Source: Squalus acanthias (taxonomy: Eukaryota). Taken from it: 64,000 nucleotides of DNA. The stretch spans positions 61,320,001 to 61,384,000 of the forward strand of contig CM059438.1 of the NCBI GenBank assembly GCA_030390025.1. Reading direction: 5' to 3'. Positions 12,154 through 23,960 of this stretch are shown here, piece by piece. How positions within the stretch are numbered: the first letter of the stretch is position 1; the number at the start of each line of letters is the position of its first letter. Both the position numbers and the translations under genes were made by a program. The notes below the pieces were generated by a model. The model made no database searches and was not told where the DNA came from. It was given only the letters and a program-made list of their open reading frames with translations.

Positions 12154-12984
12154 AGTTATGCTAAACCTTGGTTAGACCACACTTGGAGTACTGCGCACAG
12201 CTCTGGCCTCCAGATTATAAAAAGGATATAGAGGCACTGGAGAAAGTGAAAAGAAAATATTTACACGGATGATACCAGGACTGAGAGGCTACAACTATCA
12301 GCTGCTTTTCTTTCCTTGCCCTCCTGTGGATCCGGGAGGATTCGGAGTGCTCCTCCAAGCACCACAGCACTATGGCTGGGCGCTGCGGCTCGGGGCCCCC
12401 CCCCCCCCCCCAAGGACATACCCGAGAGCCACTGCCGGTGAAACAGTTCTGTTAGCTCAAATGGGTGGCAAATCAGACTTTCCCCAACCTCCCATTCAAC
12501 CCTCCTCATCTAAGCGGATGATGGTGTCCACCATAGGGCGAATTTCAAAGTTGCTACGCTGTGTTTGGCAAAGGCTGCATCTTCCTTTAGCACCAACCAT
12601 GAGCTGGGCTTATGGGAAACAAGGCCTCAGGCTCCACCTGTAACTGGAAACTCCAATGTGGGCCATTTCATTCAATCTATTCATTTCCCCCCTCCCCACC
12701 TCAGCTTAGACTTCCCGTTTCCAACATTAGGAACAGGAGTTTGGAAACTTGTAACCTCCAGCCCCAGTGAATGAGTGTGTCAGCCCATTGGGTCATCTGT
12801 CTCCGGGTGAGACTCTGCTGTTGGAAAAATGCAGCATCTCAGTCCAAAGAACAGGGGGAAAAGGAAAGAGAGGTCAAGCCAAAGTAAACTGTCTCTGTTT
12901 ATATTATAAATTAAAGTTTAGCATTTATTTTAATCCTGTTAGGACAGGGAGCTTGTATTATAACAACCTTGCAACTAGTTGGTC

Positions 12985-13450
12985 AGTGTGTGCACTTGTA
13001 TGTGTGTGTGTCTTTGTACACGTGTGTGTCTTTGTGTGTTCATGTCTGCATGTGTGTATTTGTCTTTGTGTGGTATATGCCTTTATCTGTGCGTATGTGT
13101 GTATCTGTCTGTTTGCATATGTCTTTGTGTGCGTGTGCGTGTATGTGCCATTGTCTATATGCGTGCATGCTCACTTACAGACTGAAGAGTATTTGTGTGT
13201 TTATATCTGCGCGCGCATGTGTGAGTGTATATGTTTGTTTGGGTGTACGTGTCTTTTTCTGTGTGTGTATGGTTGTATGTCTGTGTTTCTGTATGTGTGT
13301 GTACATATGTGCCGTGTGTGTCTGTATGTGCACGCGTTTATGTCTGTACATGTGTGTGTTTGTGTCTGTGTGTGTATGCGTGTTTGTGTCTGTGTCTGTG
13401 CGTGTGTGTGTGTATATATATATATATGTGTGTGTGCGTTTGTGTGTGTG
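12985..13450. repeat. TG-rich degenerate microsatellite
   Basis: (TG)n-derived sequence that generates spurious Cys/Val-rich ORFs. Confidence 0.92.
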
Positions 13451-13532
13451 GGTATCTACATGTTGTGGGAAGGGGAGTGGATCCAGCTCTGACACTAAAA
13501 TTCAAAGTATATTTTGATGGCTCTAAACCTTA

Positions 13533-15480
13533 GAATCATAGAATTATAGAATGATACAGCACAGAAGGACTCCACTCGGTCCATCGCAAATGTGCCAGCT
13601 CTTTGAAAGAACTGTCCAATTAGTCCCACTCCCCTGCTCTTTCCCCGTAGCCCTGCAATTTATTTCCCTTCAAGTATTTATCCAATTCCCTTTCGAAAGT
13701 TACTACTGAATCTGCTTCCACCGCCCTTTAAGGCAGTGCATTCCAGATCACAACAACTCGCTGCGGAAAAAAAAATTCCTCATGTTGCCTCTGGTTCTTT
13801 TGCCAATCACCTTAAATCTGTGCCCTGTGGTTACCGACCCTTCTGCCACTGGAAACAGTTTCTCCTTATTTACTCTATAAAACCCTTCATGATTTTGAAC
13901 ATCCCTATCAAATCTCCTCTTATCCTCCCCTGCTCTAAGGAGAACAACCCCAACTGAAGTCCCTCATCCCTGGTACCATTCTCGTAAATCCCTTCTGCAC
14001 CCTCTCCAAGGCCTTCACATCCTTTCTAAAGTGTGGTGCCCAGAATTGAGAACAATACTCCAGCTGAGGCCTAACCAGTGTTTTCTAAAGGTTTAGCATG
14101 ACTTCCTTACTTTTATACTCTATGCTTCTATTAATAAAGCCCAGTATCCCGTAGGCTTTTTTAAAAGCCTTCTCAACTTGTGCTGCCGCCTTCAAAGATT
14201 TGTGTACAAACACCCCCGGCTCTCTCTGTTCCTGCACACCTTTTAAAATTGTACCATTTAGTTTATATTGTTGCCTCTCCTCATGTTTCCTACCAAAATG
14301 TAGCACTTCACATTTCCCTGCGTTAAATTTCATCTGCCATGTGTCTGCCCATTTCACCAGTCTGTCTATATCCTCCTGAAGTCTGTTACTATCCTCCTCA
14401 TTGTTTACTACATTTCCGAGTTTCATGTCATCTGCAAATGTTGAAATTATGCCCTGTATACCCAAGTCCAGGTCATTAATATATATCAAAAGAGCAGTGG
14501 TCCCAATACTAACCCCTGGGGAACACCACTGCACACTTCCCTCCAATCTGAAAATCAACCATTCACCATACTCTCAGCTTTCTGTCTCTTAGTCAATTTT
14601 GTATGCACTCTGCCACTGTCCTTTTAATCTCATGTGCTTTGATTTTGCCAACAAATCTATTATATGGTACATTGTCAAATACCTTTTGAAAGTCCAAATA
14701 CACATCAACCACACTACCCTCATCAACCTTCTTTGTTACTTCATCAAAGAACTCATTCAAGTTAGTCAAACACGATCTGCCTATAACAAATCCATGCTGA
14801 CTTTCCTTTATTAGCCCATACTTTTCCAAATGCCAATTAATTTTGTGCTGGTTTATTGTCTCTAAAAGTTCCCCCACCACGGACGTTAAGCTGACAGGCC
14901 TGTACTTGCCGGGTTTATCCCTCTTCCCTTTTTTGAACAGGGGTGTAACATTTGCAATTCTCCAGCCCTCTGGCACCACTCCCATATCTAAGAAGGATTG
15001 GAATATTGTGGCCAGAGCCTCTGCAATTTCAACCCTTATTTCGCTCAGTAACCCAGGATGCATCCCATCCAGACCAGGTGACTTTTCTACTTTGAGGATT
15101 GCCAACCTTTGAAGTACCTCCTCTTTATCTATTTTTATCCTATCTAATATTGCCACTACCTCCTCCTTTACTGCTGCATTGGCAGCATCTTCTTCTCCAG
15201 TGAAGACAGAGGCAAAGTACTCATTTAGTACCTCAGCCATGCCCTCTGCCTCCACACGATCTCCTTTTTGGTCCCTAATCAGCCCCACCCTTCCTTTGAC
15301 TATCCTTTTACTATTTATATGTTTATAAAAGACTTTTGGGTTCCCTTTTATGTTAGCTGCTAATCTATTCTCATAATCTCTTTGCCCCTCTTACTCCCTT
15401 CTTTCAGATTTTCTCTGCACTTTCTGTATTCAGCTTGTTTCTCTACTTTATTATCAACCTTACAATTGTCATAAGCCTCC
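13533..15480 (-). mobile_element. 5'-truncated, decayed CR1 LINE
   Basis: ORFs 14593..15288 (KSPGLDG, YRPVSLTS) and 14085..14558 (FADD), with the tail TAGAATCATAGAAT at 13531. Confidence 0.95.
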
Positions 15481-17252
15481 TTGTTACTTGATACAATTTA
15501 AAAGGATTCCTGTTTGCTTGCGATCCCCTTCAGTAAAGTTACATACACTTACATCACCTCACTTTGTAAATCCCTCAGTGCGGTAACACCGAGCTCGCAG
15601 CACAAATCTGTCATCAAATCACAACAGCTCCAGCCAAGCCCAGATTGTGTGTTCATACTCTTGTCTATCTTAGATTTTAATTAAATTGGGAATTAAAACA
15701 ATGTAACTATCTTACGATGGGCCTCAGTCCACATCAGCACACGTGCAGTGGCGGTGTCATTGATCAGAGTTATGGGATTAGGGCTTCGCGAGGCATTTCT
15801 CTCATGTTCTGCGCCCAAGGCCACACCCGTTGTGATCACATGCTCCCTACGATTTTAATTTTCACCATTGGGTGGGACACTGTTGGTAGCAGATCGTACG
15901 CACGTTCTGCACTCGCCCGATGTGACTTCAGTGGAAAGGAAAGTTGGACGGGAGTATCAAGGATGGCTAATCCGCTACTTTCAGTTCTGACCCTCTGACC
16001 GCCCAGTGGTTCCAATCCTGTATTGTAACAGGGGTGTCGTCTGTTGGCTACAACTAGTCAGGTTGAATGACTGCCAGTTGTAATGTTGCATTGGCACGCT
16101 GGAGATTTAACTCAATTATTTCAACGGCTTAGGCAGAAGTGTCACAGATTCTTCTCTGCCTCCCTCAGGGGTTCAGTAAGCATGTACAGTGACAGTGCAA
16201 ACTGTAAACGATCTGTTAGAAGGATGAGCCAATTGACCTCATTTATTTCATTCTTCCATACAATAGATATCAAGGAAAAGGTAATGATTCCCTTTCATCT
16301 GGTGCTGACATTAATGTGTACGTCTTCGTGCCAAATTCTTCATATCTACACCTGGTATATAGTATGCCCAGCAGGCTGTGTTAGTGACAGAGAGAGGGAT
16401 ATTAAACTGTCCAGCATGTCAGAAAGGTACAGCAGCTGGATACATATCATATAGCTGTTGCCCTGTTACTCTCGCAATGTTTGTGTGCCTGTTTTGCGTT
16501 GTGCTGCAGTCCGATTACATGATTCACATGTTACTAGAGAGCTGAATAAGCCTGTGGTGTTGGGTAATAGAGTCAGACAACACCGCTCATGCATGGCCAG
16601 GTGACTACACACTCCTACACCCAGTGCAAGCCCTATGCAAATCCATTGCTACCTCTTTGAGTGAGATCACCAAATTGATGCCAATTATTCAAGTTCTTAC
16701 TGGAAGTCAGAGAGGAGATAACAGAGGCCCCGACATCAATTTTTAAATCCTCCTTGGATCACTTTGTACAAGAGGTAGGTTACCTCATAATATAAAACAG
16801 GGTCAGGGTGCGCTCCTGGACTAGTTTCAAGCGCCTAAAGGGATTGGAGAGGAATTTCCAGACGCTTTTCCCTAATTGGCCTGGGTTTTATGTGGTTCTT
16901 TGCCTGGAGAAAGTACAGTGAGTTTGTTAGCAAGTCAGTTCATTCATTCTTTCGTTCGTTAGTTAGTTAGAGTCTCCTGTGTCTAGTGGCACAAAGCGAC
17001 CCATTTCTTCCGCTGCTGTCTGTTCAGAGAAAGTTATCTGACTCCGATTGGGGGTATCATCGTGCCTTACATTCAGCAGATCGTGGTTCTCCATTGTTGA
17101 TATGTCTGAAACAGACTTGTCCAGTCTCTAGGTTGTTTCTGTAACAAAAGGCATTTTTATGTGGCCAGGCTGTTAGCCTGACTCACAATCTCTTACCAGG
17201 AGGACTGGCCTTTAGTTTGGCGCCTACCTTTCGGCCTGTCCTCCTAACTTGT

Positions 17253-17550
17253 TTACAGCAAGGACCCACAAGCTGCAATGCGATAGTGACCAGAAAAGCT
17301 GTTTTTAGTGATGTTGAGTGAGGGAGGGATAAATATTGACCAGGACACCAGGGGGGGAACTCACCTGCTCTTCTTTGAAAGTGCTGTGGGGTCTTTTACG
17401 TCCACTGAGAGAGCAGACGGGGCCTCGGTTTAACATCTCATCCGAAAGACGGCACCTCCGACAGTGCAGCACTCCCCCAGTACAGCACTGCAGTGTCTCA
17501 CGACCTTCTCAGAGGTGAGAGTGCTACCACTGAGCCACCGACTGATACCT
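17253..17550 (-). mobile_element. Partial Deu-domain SINE
   Basis: Matches the core and head of the other copies. Confidence 0.8.
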
Positions 17551-17640
17551 AGCCTCGTTTTTGGAGCGGGGGGTGAGTTTCTAATTCACAGCGCTGCTCC
17601 CCTGCCTACAACTGGCCTCGAGTTAAAATCGAGGCCCATG

Positions 17641-17985
17641 TAGAATCATAGAATAGAATCATAGCACAGCACAGAAGGAGGCCATTTGGCACATCGAGTC
17701 TGCGCTGGCTCTTTTGAAGAGCAGTCCAGTCAGTCCCACTCCCCCGGCTCTTTCCCCATATCCCTGCAATTTCTTTCTCCTTCAAGTTTTTATCCAATTC
17801 CCTTTTTGAAGACTACTATTGAATCTGTATCCCCCACCCTATCAGGCAGAGTATTCCAAATCCGGCTGGTGTTATATGGACTTTAATTCAATCACTAAAT
17901 CCGGTATCGCATTCCACAGCCTCACAATCCTCTGTGTAAAATAGTTTCTCCTGCTTTCGCTCCTAAATCTCTTACATTGAATCGG
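17641..17985 (-). mobile_element. CR1 3'-end fragments
   Basis: TAGAATCATAG tail and a 3' UTR similar to 13533-13760. Confidence 0.8.
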
Positions 17986-19133
17986 AATCGTATCTCTGCA
18001 AGTAACATGTCGCTGCCCCTCAGAGCATTAAGTCATAGGATCCCTTATCGCTCTGAATGCTAGAAATTGGGCCAAAAACAGGCACTGAAGGGTCCAATAT
18101 GGCGTGTGCGCGCTCATTCGGCGTGGAGAGAGTGCCGCCGGTCAAAGTGGTTCGGCCGCCCCAGAGTCATCCAGGGCACACGCCTGAAACCAGCGTTTGG
18201 CCGTGCATGTTTGGGTCAGTTTTCTCAAGCCTAAAGCCGCCAAACCAGCGGCTCCTAAAGGGACCGCCAGCGGGTGACAGAGGCAGAAAAACCGCGGGTG
18301 GCAGAGGCTGCTCGCCGACAGTAGGAACCAAAGTGGCGGAATCAGCTGCCGGGCCATCCTGCAATGGGTCTTCACAATTGGAGGAGGGGACCGGCCAAAT
18401 CCCAGCAAGGGAGGCCTCACGGGCAGCAGGCAAACAAGGTCAAAGGGAGGTACATCAAGAAGTAGTGATTAGATGTCGCCAAGTCTTGAGTTTGGTGTAC
18501 TGTACATGACAGGACCTGTCACCGAGACTAGTACTGTACTAGTTGAGAGCGAATTGTTCCCTTTTTGCCTGATGTGCGGAATGTGTAGCAGTCTGACAAG
18601 CTTTTTTTTATCTCGTTTGTCAAATGCTGCAATGTGTTGGCATAAAGAGCTCCGTCTACATGTTGCGAGTGTGCGATGATGAGGAGCCTCACCTGCCACC
18701 AGCGCATAGCAGAAATCCTAGATTTCCATTCATATATTTCCATCCATTGATTTAAACTCATTGATTTCCATTCATTGGGGTAGAAATTAGGTCGCGCCCC
18801 ATTTGGGGCGCAAATATCGTCCGCGCGCAAATATTAGCGCCTGGCGCTAATTATCGGCACTGACAGGAAACTTCACTTTTACCGCCCCGGGAGGTGAGTG
18901 GAGCGCTAAATTAGGCGCTGCACACCTGTCTTAAGGCGCAAAGGCCTAGGAGTGAGGCGCTAACTCAGCGCACGAGCGCAGCGCAGCTGCTGCCAGTTAG
19001 CGAGGGAACACAGACACACTGGCGCCGGACACTTCTTAAAGCGGGGGGGGCCACTTGCTCCCCAGCCACACCCTGCTCATTGCAGCCTTGAATCTCAGCC
19101 TGGAGAGACCTGTAATCCATTTTGCTGCCAAGC

Positions 19134-21043
19134 ATGGAGAGGGTGAGAGAACGCGCTCATCGCTTCACCGAGCGGGCCTTGGATGCTCTGGTTGACGCAG
19201 TGGAGCGCAGACGATGCATGCTGTTCCCAGAGAGTGGCAGGAGGCCTTTGCCACGCGAGTTCAGAAGAGTGTGGAGGGAGGTGGCTCAGAGCGTCTCCTC
19301 CAGGAGCATGGTGCCCAGGACCCATGTCCAGTGCCGCAAAAAGTTCAACGACCTCACTCGGGTCGTCAGGGTGAGTGGCTTTTTCTCAATACCTCTCCAT
19401 CCCTCCATCTCAACCTCACTCTATGGCCAGAGGGTCTTAAAACCCCAATGCACAACACTCATCCAACACCTATGGCCCTTTCATCAAACACACACACACA
19501 TTCCACACTTTGCATACAGTAAGGGCTATTCACCTATGGGAGGCACATCAGGCAAGACCATGGCTGTATATTGTAAGGGCTATTCACCTATGGGAGGCAC
19601 ATCAGGCAAGACCATGGCTGTATATTGACTCAGATGCTGTCCTTTTTCTTGCAGGCTAAGCTGGCTCATAATCGGAGACAGCAGCAACGGACGGGTGGAG
19701 GGCGGCTTCAGCTGCAACCCCTCAGCGATCTGGAGGAGCGCGTCCACAGGATTGTGGCAAGCCGGGTGATCGGTCCCGTCGCCACTGGAGACGCCGACCC
19801 CGTTGTGGACAGCAATGGTAAGGTCATCACCTTTTTGTCCTCTGTCCTTCCACTTGTCCCTCACAATACCAGCCTTTGACACTTTCAATCCAACTTGCTA
19901 ACTCGCTGCACTTATTCCTCCCTTACTGCCACCCTGTCCTCACGCTAAAGCCACTCTTGTACCTCCCTGCTTTCAGATGGTGATTCACCAGCTGAGGAGA
20001 TGGTCCCTGAAGCTGCCACTGGGAGTGATGCTGCAGCTGAGGAGGAAGAGGAAGCCGGAGCATCAGTGCCACCCTCTCCCGAGGAAGCCCATGGCTACAC
20101 TGGGAACACGCCTTCCCCGGAGGGGAGCAGGGGGGAAGGGGCTGATGATGGTGAAGTTCCAGGACCCAGCGGGCTGCAGCAACGCCATGGGGGGGGGAGG
20201 GAAGAACGGGGGAGCAGGGGGGAAGGGGCTGATGATGGTGAAGTTCCAGGACCCAGCGGGCTGCAGCAACGCCATGGGGGGGGGAGGGAAGAACGGGAGC
20301 CTTCTCCCCAGAGGGAGAGTATGCCAGACACTCCTAATGCAATGGACGCAGAGGAGGAGCGGCTGATTGCAGAAATGAACAGCCAGGCGGTGGTCATGCA
20401 CACTGAGCTCATGGGTGCAGTGGGAAGGGTGCCCGAATGCATTGAGGCACTGGCAAGGAGTGTGGAGCACTTCGCTGTAGCACAGGCGGATGCCACACTA
20501 AAGCTTACTGCTGCAATTCAGTCACTGGCTGCCAGGAACCCATCTGAGCCTGCTCTCATGCAGACTCAGATTGAGGCCACGCGAGCACTGACTGCTGCCA
20601 TCCTCGATGGTTCGTGCACATGTCCCCGGGGCTGTCACCGCGCCGCAGCAGGCCAGCAATCTGTTCTCAGGCAAATTGCTCCGGATGCTGAAGTGCTGCC
20701 CCGTGGGAGTGCCAGTGTGTCGGGCGAGCAGGGAGTTGCTGTCCTCTCTCACGATGACAGCATTCCTGCTGCCAACACTGTCACTTCTCCACTGCACTTG
20801 CCACCGCCTGTAGGACAGACTGCTGCCGCCCATGCAGAGTTGGTGCAGTCTGCAGCCGGGCCCTCCAGGCCCAGAAGTGGTCGAGGCCGTCCTTCAGGGG
20901 CATCTGCAGTGTCAGGGTCTGACAAGCAGCAGCCTTCCACCAGCCTTGCTGCAGCCACTGAGGTCCCATTACGGAGGAGCAGTAGGGTTAGAAGGGGGGA
21001 AGTGCGCAAGGGAAGGAGATCACCCTCGAAGGGCAAAAAGTAG
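19134..21043 (+). CDS. Harbinger Myb/SANT-like (trihelix) DNA-binding protein; exons 19134-19370, 19655-19817 and 19977-21043; 488 aa
   Basis: Exon 1 encodes RAHRFTERALDALV...VWREVA...RTHVQCRKKFNDL. Splice sites are canonical (AGG|GTGAGT, TTGCAG|GCT, ATG|GTAAGG, TTTCAG|AT), and phases 0 and 1 join into one 1,467-nt frame. Exon 2 encodes AKLAHNRRQQQRTGGG, and the C-terminus is basic and NLS-like. Confidence 0.88.
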
Positions 21044-21337
21044 GAGGTGTGCCAAAATGCTGGTCATTTTTTTATTAAAGGCCGAGGTTCATGGCCCAAC
21101 TTTTGTTTAGTGTTTTGGACATTATCTCCAGGTTGTGAGAACCAGTTATGTTATTGACTGTTTTTTTGTGTTTATTTCTATGAGTTTGTCATGAGGAATT
21201 GACACACACAGAGTTTGTACAATAAATAAGTTTCTGTATTCAAAATATACATGGCTGGTGGTTGGAATTATTGGTGCCTTGGCCGGCTTAGGGGTTGCGT
21301 GCTGGGTTGATTCGTGTTTGTAGCACTGGCAGGGGCC

Positions 21338-22498
21338 CTAGAAGCGGCTTGCTATTAGTCGTTGACGGACGGCCCTTGCAGTTTGACCATTGTGGGCCGC
21401 CCTCCTGCCTTGGTGCTGCTGCTGATCATCGTCCTCGGCCAGTTCCTCCTCTTTCTCCTCCTCCTCTTGTGGTGCTGCAAGGCCTGGTGGCATTGGCTGC
21501 GTCCTGAGGATTGCCATGTTGTGCAACATGCAGCACACCACTACGAATTTGGAAACTTGCTCAGGCGAGTACTGCAGGGCTCCTCCGGAATGGTCCAGAC
21601 AGCGGAATCGTTGTTTGAGCACGCCGATTGTGCGCTCAATAATGTTCCTCGTTGCTTGTTGGCTTTCCTGGTACCGCAGCTCAGCAGGGGTGTTTGGCGC
21701 ACGGAGCGGTGTCATCAGCCAGGTGCTCAATGCGTACCCCTTGTCCCCCAGAAGCCAACCGACTGGCTGATGCGGTGCCTCGAAAATTTCTGCCACAGTA
21801 CTCTGGCGCAGGATGAAAGCATCGTGGCAGCTGCCCGGATAGTGGGCATTGACAGCGAGAATCACCTGTCTGTGGTCACAGACCAACTGCACATTCAAGG
21901 AATGGAACCCTTTTCTGTTCCGGAACTCCTCTGCATTCTCTCGCGGAGCACGCAAAGCCACATGCGTGCAGTCAATGGCGCCCTGCACCATGGGGAAGCC
22001 CGCTACCCTCGCAAAGCCCATAGCACGGTCATGCTGCTTGTCTGGGGTCATAGGGAAGGAGATGAAGTCTCGTCTCCTTGTGAAGAGGGCATTGGTGACC
22101 TGCCGGATGCAGCGATGCACCGCAAACTGGGAGATATTGGCGAGGTCCCCAACAGCAGCTTGGAATGAGCCAGTGGCGTAGAAGTTCAAGGCCACTGTGA
22201 CCTTCACTGCCACCGACAGAGACGTCCTGGACCTCAGCTGAGGCTGCAGATCTGGCTGCAGCAGGTGGCAGAGCTCAGTGACCACCTCCTTGCTGAATCG
22301 CAGCCTTCGCAAACACAGCTCCTCGGACATGTGGATGTAGGAGAGCTGTTCACGATATACCCTGGGAGGGTAAGCTCTCCTGTACATGCGCCTGATGGGC
22401 CTCCTCCGTCTGGCCATCATTGCCACTCTCTGTCTGCGTCTCACTCTGCTCCGATTGAGCTGGAGCAGGACGACGCCCCCAATCATTGCAGCCCCCAT
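21338..22498 (-). CDS. Harbinger (HARBI1-like, DDE_Tnp_4 family) transposase, 386 aa
   Basis: Uninterrupted ORF with GAIDCTH, NRKGFHSLNVQLVCD, PGSCHD, LLGDKGY and RNIIERTIGVLKQRFRCL. The D-D-E catalytic residues are present. Confidence 0.96.
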   Translation of the reverse strand: MGAAMIGGVVLLQLNRSRVRRRQRVAMMARRRRPIRRMYRRAYPPRVYREQLSYIHMSEELCLRRLRFSKEVVTELCHLLQPDLQPQLRSRTSLSVAVKVTVALNFYATGSFQAAVGDLANISQFAVHRCIRQVTNALFTRRRDFISFPMTPDKQHDRAMGFARVAGFPMVQGAIDCTHVALRAPRENAEEFRNRKGFHSLNVQLVCDHRQVILAVNAHYPGSCHDAFILRQSTVAEIFEAPHQPVGWLLGDKGYALSTWLMTPLRAPNTPAELRYQESQQATRNIIERTIGVLKQRFRCLDHSGGALQYSPEQVSKFVVVCCMLHNMAILRTQPMPPGLAAPQEEEEKEEELAEDDDQQQHQGRRAAHNGQTARAVRQRLIASRF

Positions 22499-22693
22499 CT
22501 TCTCTTTGCCAGAAAAGTAATGAGGTACAGCAACGAAAGTAGCAGCAAAGTTAGGATGAACTAGGCAAAACTACCTCACAAAGCGTTGAGTCAATGTAGA
22601 AGTCTCTCTCTCTCTCTCTCCGAATCTCTCTCTCTCTCTCAGAACGAGTGGTGCATAAATGTCGACCACAGAAAAAGACAGGAAGAGGCCCCC

Positions 22694-22838
22694 TTTAAAT
22701 AGCGCCCCCCCCAGCCCCAGACCGATTGATAACGTTCCAGTCTTCCGGTCGTTGGAAGCGCCAGGCGGTAAGGCAGGGGGCGCCACTCAATTTCCGCTCC
22801 GGGGCGCCCCAAGGGCGTTGCACCACGGACTGACGTCA
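22694..22838 (-). promoter_or_regulatory. Putative transposase promoter (TATA-like box plus CRE palindrome)
   Basis: TATTTAAA on the minus strand at 22694-22701 and TGACGTCA at 22831-22838. Both recur at equivalent positions in related copies. Confidence 0.5.
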
Positions 22839-23039
22839 CAATCTGCGCGCGCAGGTGGTCGCAGCGGTAAGTTTTAGCGCCGCCGCACAATCTCAAGTTA
22901 AGTTCTCGAGCGGCGCAAACAGCGCCGCGCCCGGGCGTTAGCGCCTTAACGCCCCATTAGCGCCCATTTAAGGCGCTAACGGGAGGCGCAACCAACTGAA
23001 TTTTTACCCCATTGGATTTCAAAATTATGGATTTCCATC

Positions 23040-23960
23040 ATAGGAAGATAGGACGTAGACCATTCAGCTCCTTGAGCCTGTTCCACCATTCAGTGAGATC
23101 ATGGCTGATCTGTATCTCAACTCCATCTACCCCCACTTGGTTCCGTAACCCTTAATACCCTTGCCTAACAAAAAATCTATTCATCTCAGTTTTTAAATTT
23201 CCAGTTGACCCCCAGCCTCAACAGCTTTTTGGGGGAGGGAGTTCCAGATTTCCATTACCCTTTGTGTGAAGAAATGCTTTCTGACATCACCGCTGAATGA
23301 TCTAGCTCTAATTTTAAGGTTATGCCCCTTAGTTCTGGACTCCCCCACCAGAGGAAATAGTTTCTCACTATCAACTCTTTTGATCATAAGCATCTCAATT
23401 AGTTCACCCCTCAGTCTTCTATACTCCAGGGAATACAAGCCAAGTCTGTGTAACCTGTCCGCATAATTTAGCCCTTTTAGCCCCGGTATCGTTCTGGTGA
23501 GTCTGCGCTGCATCCCCTCCATGGCCAATATATCCTTCCTGAGGGGCCGTGCCCTGAACTGAATGCAGTCTCCAGATAGGGTCTGACCAGAGATTTATGG
23601 AACTGGAACATAACTTCCACCCCTTTGTATTCCAGCCCTCTTGAGATAAAGGCCAACATTCCATTAGCCTTTTTAATCATTTTTTTGTACCTGTCCACCA
23701 GCTTTTAGTGATTTCTGTACCTGGACCCCTAAATCTCTCTGCTCCTGCATAGTTCCTAACTTCACACCATTTAGAAAATACTCTGATCTATCTTTCTTAG
23801 TCCAAAGTGGATGACTTCACGTTTCCCCACATTGAACTCCATCTGCCACAGTTTTGTCCATACACTGAATCTATCAATGTCCCAATGTCTGCTCCCAGTT
23901 ACACTACTTAACATGCCTCCTAACTTGGTGTCGTCAGCAAACTTAGATATTCGTCTCTCT
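23040..23960 (-). mobile_element. CR1 LINE 3' fragment, second subfamily
   Basis: ORFs 23193..23528 and 23477..23698 (ANGMLAFISRGLEYK, LEYRRLRG). Confidence 0.92.

Larger units (their letters stand above)
18777..23010. mobile_element. Autonomous PIF/Harbinger DNA transposon, 4,234 bp, apparently intact
   Basis: TIRs GGGGTAGAAATT and AATTTTTACCCC (11/12 match), 3-bp TSD ATT (18774-18776 and 23011-23013), two convergent intact genes, and CpG-rich subterminal palindromes. Confidence 0.95.

Noticed and set aside
10445..13533. Ser/Leu-rich and Cys/Val-rich ORFs
   Set aside because: They are translations of CT-rich and TG-rich low-complexity DNA.
18057..18722. Additional Harbinger-like MITE starting at GCTAGAAATTGG
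   Set aside because: No convincing partner TIR or TSD.
21338..22498. Domesticated host gene HARBI1 (with NAIF1 or MSANTD for the partner)
   Set aside because: The ORFs lie between TIRs with a TSD, and decayed paralogous copies occur nearby, so this is a transposon and not the host gene.
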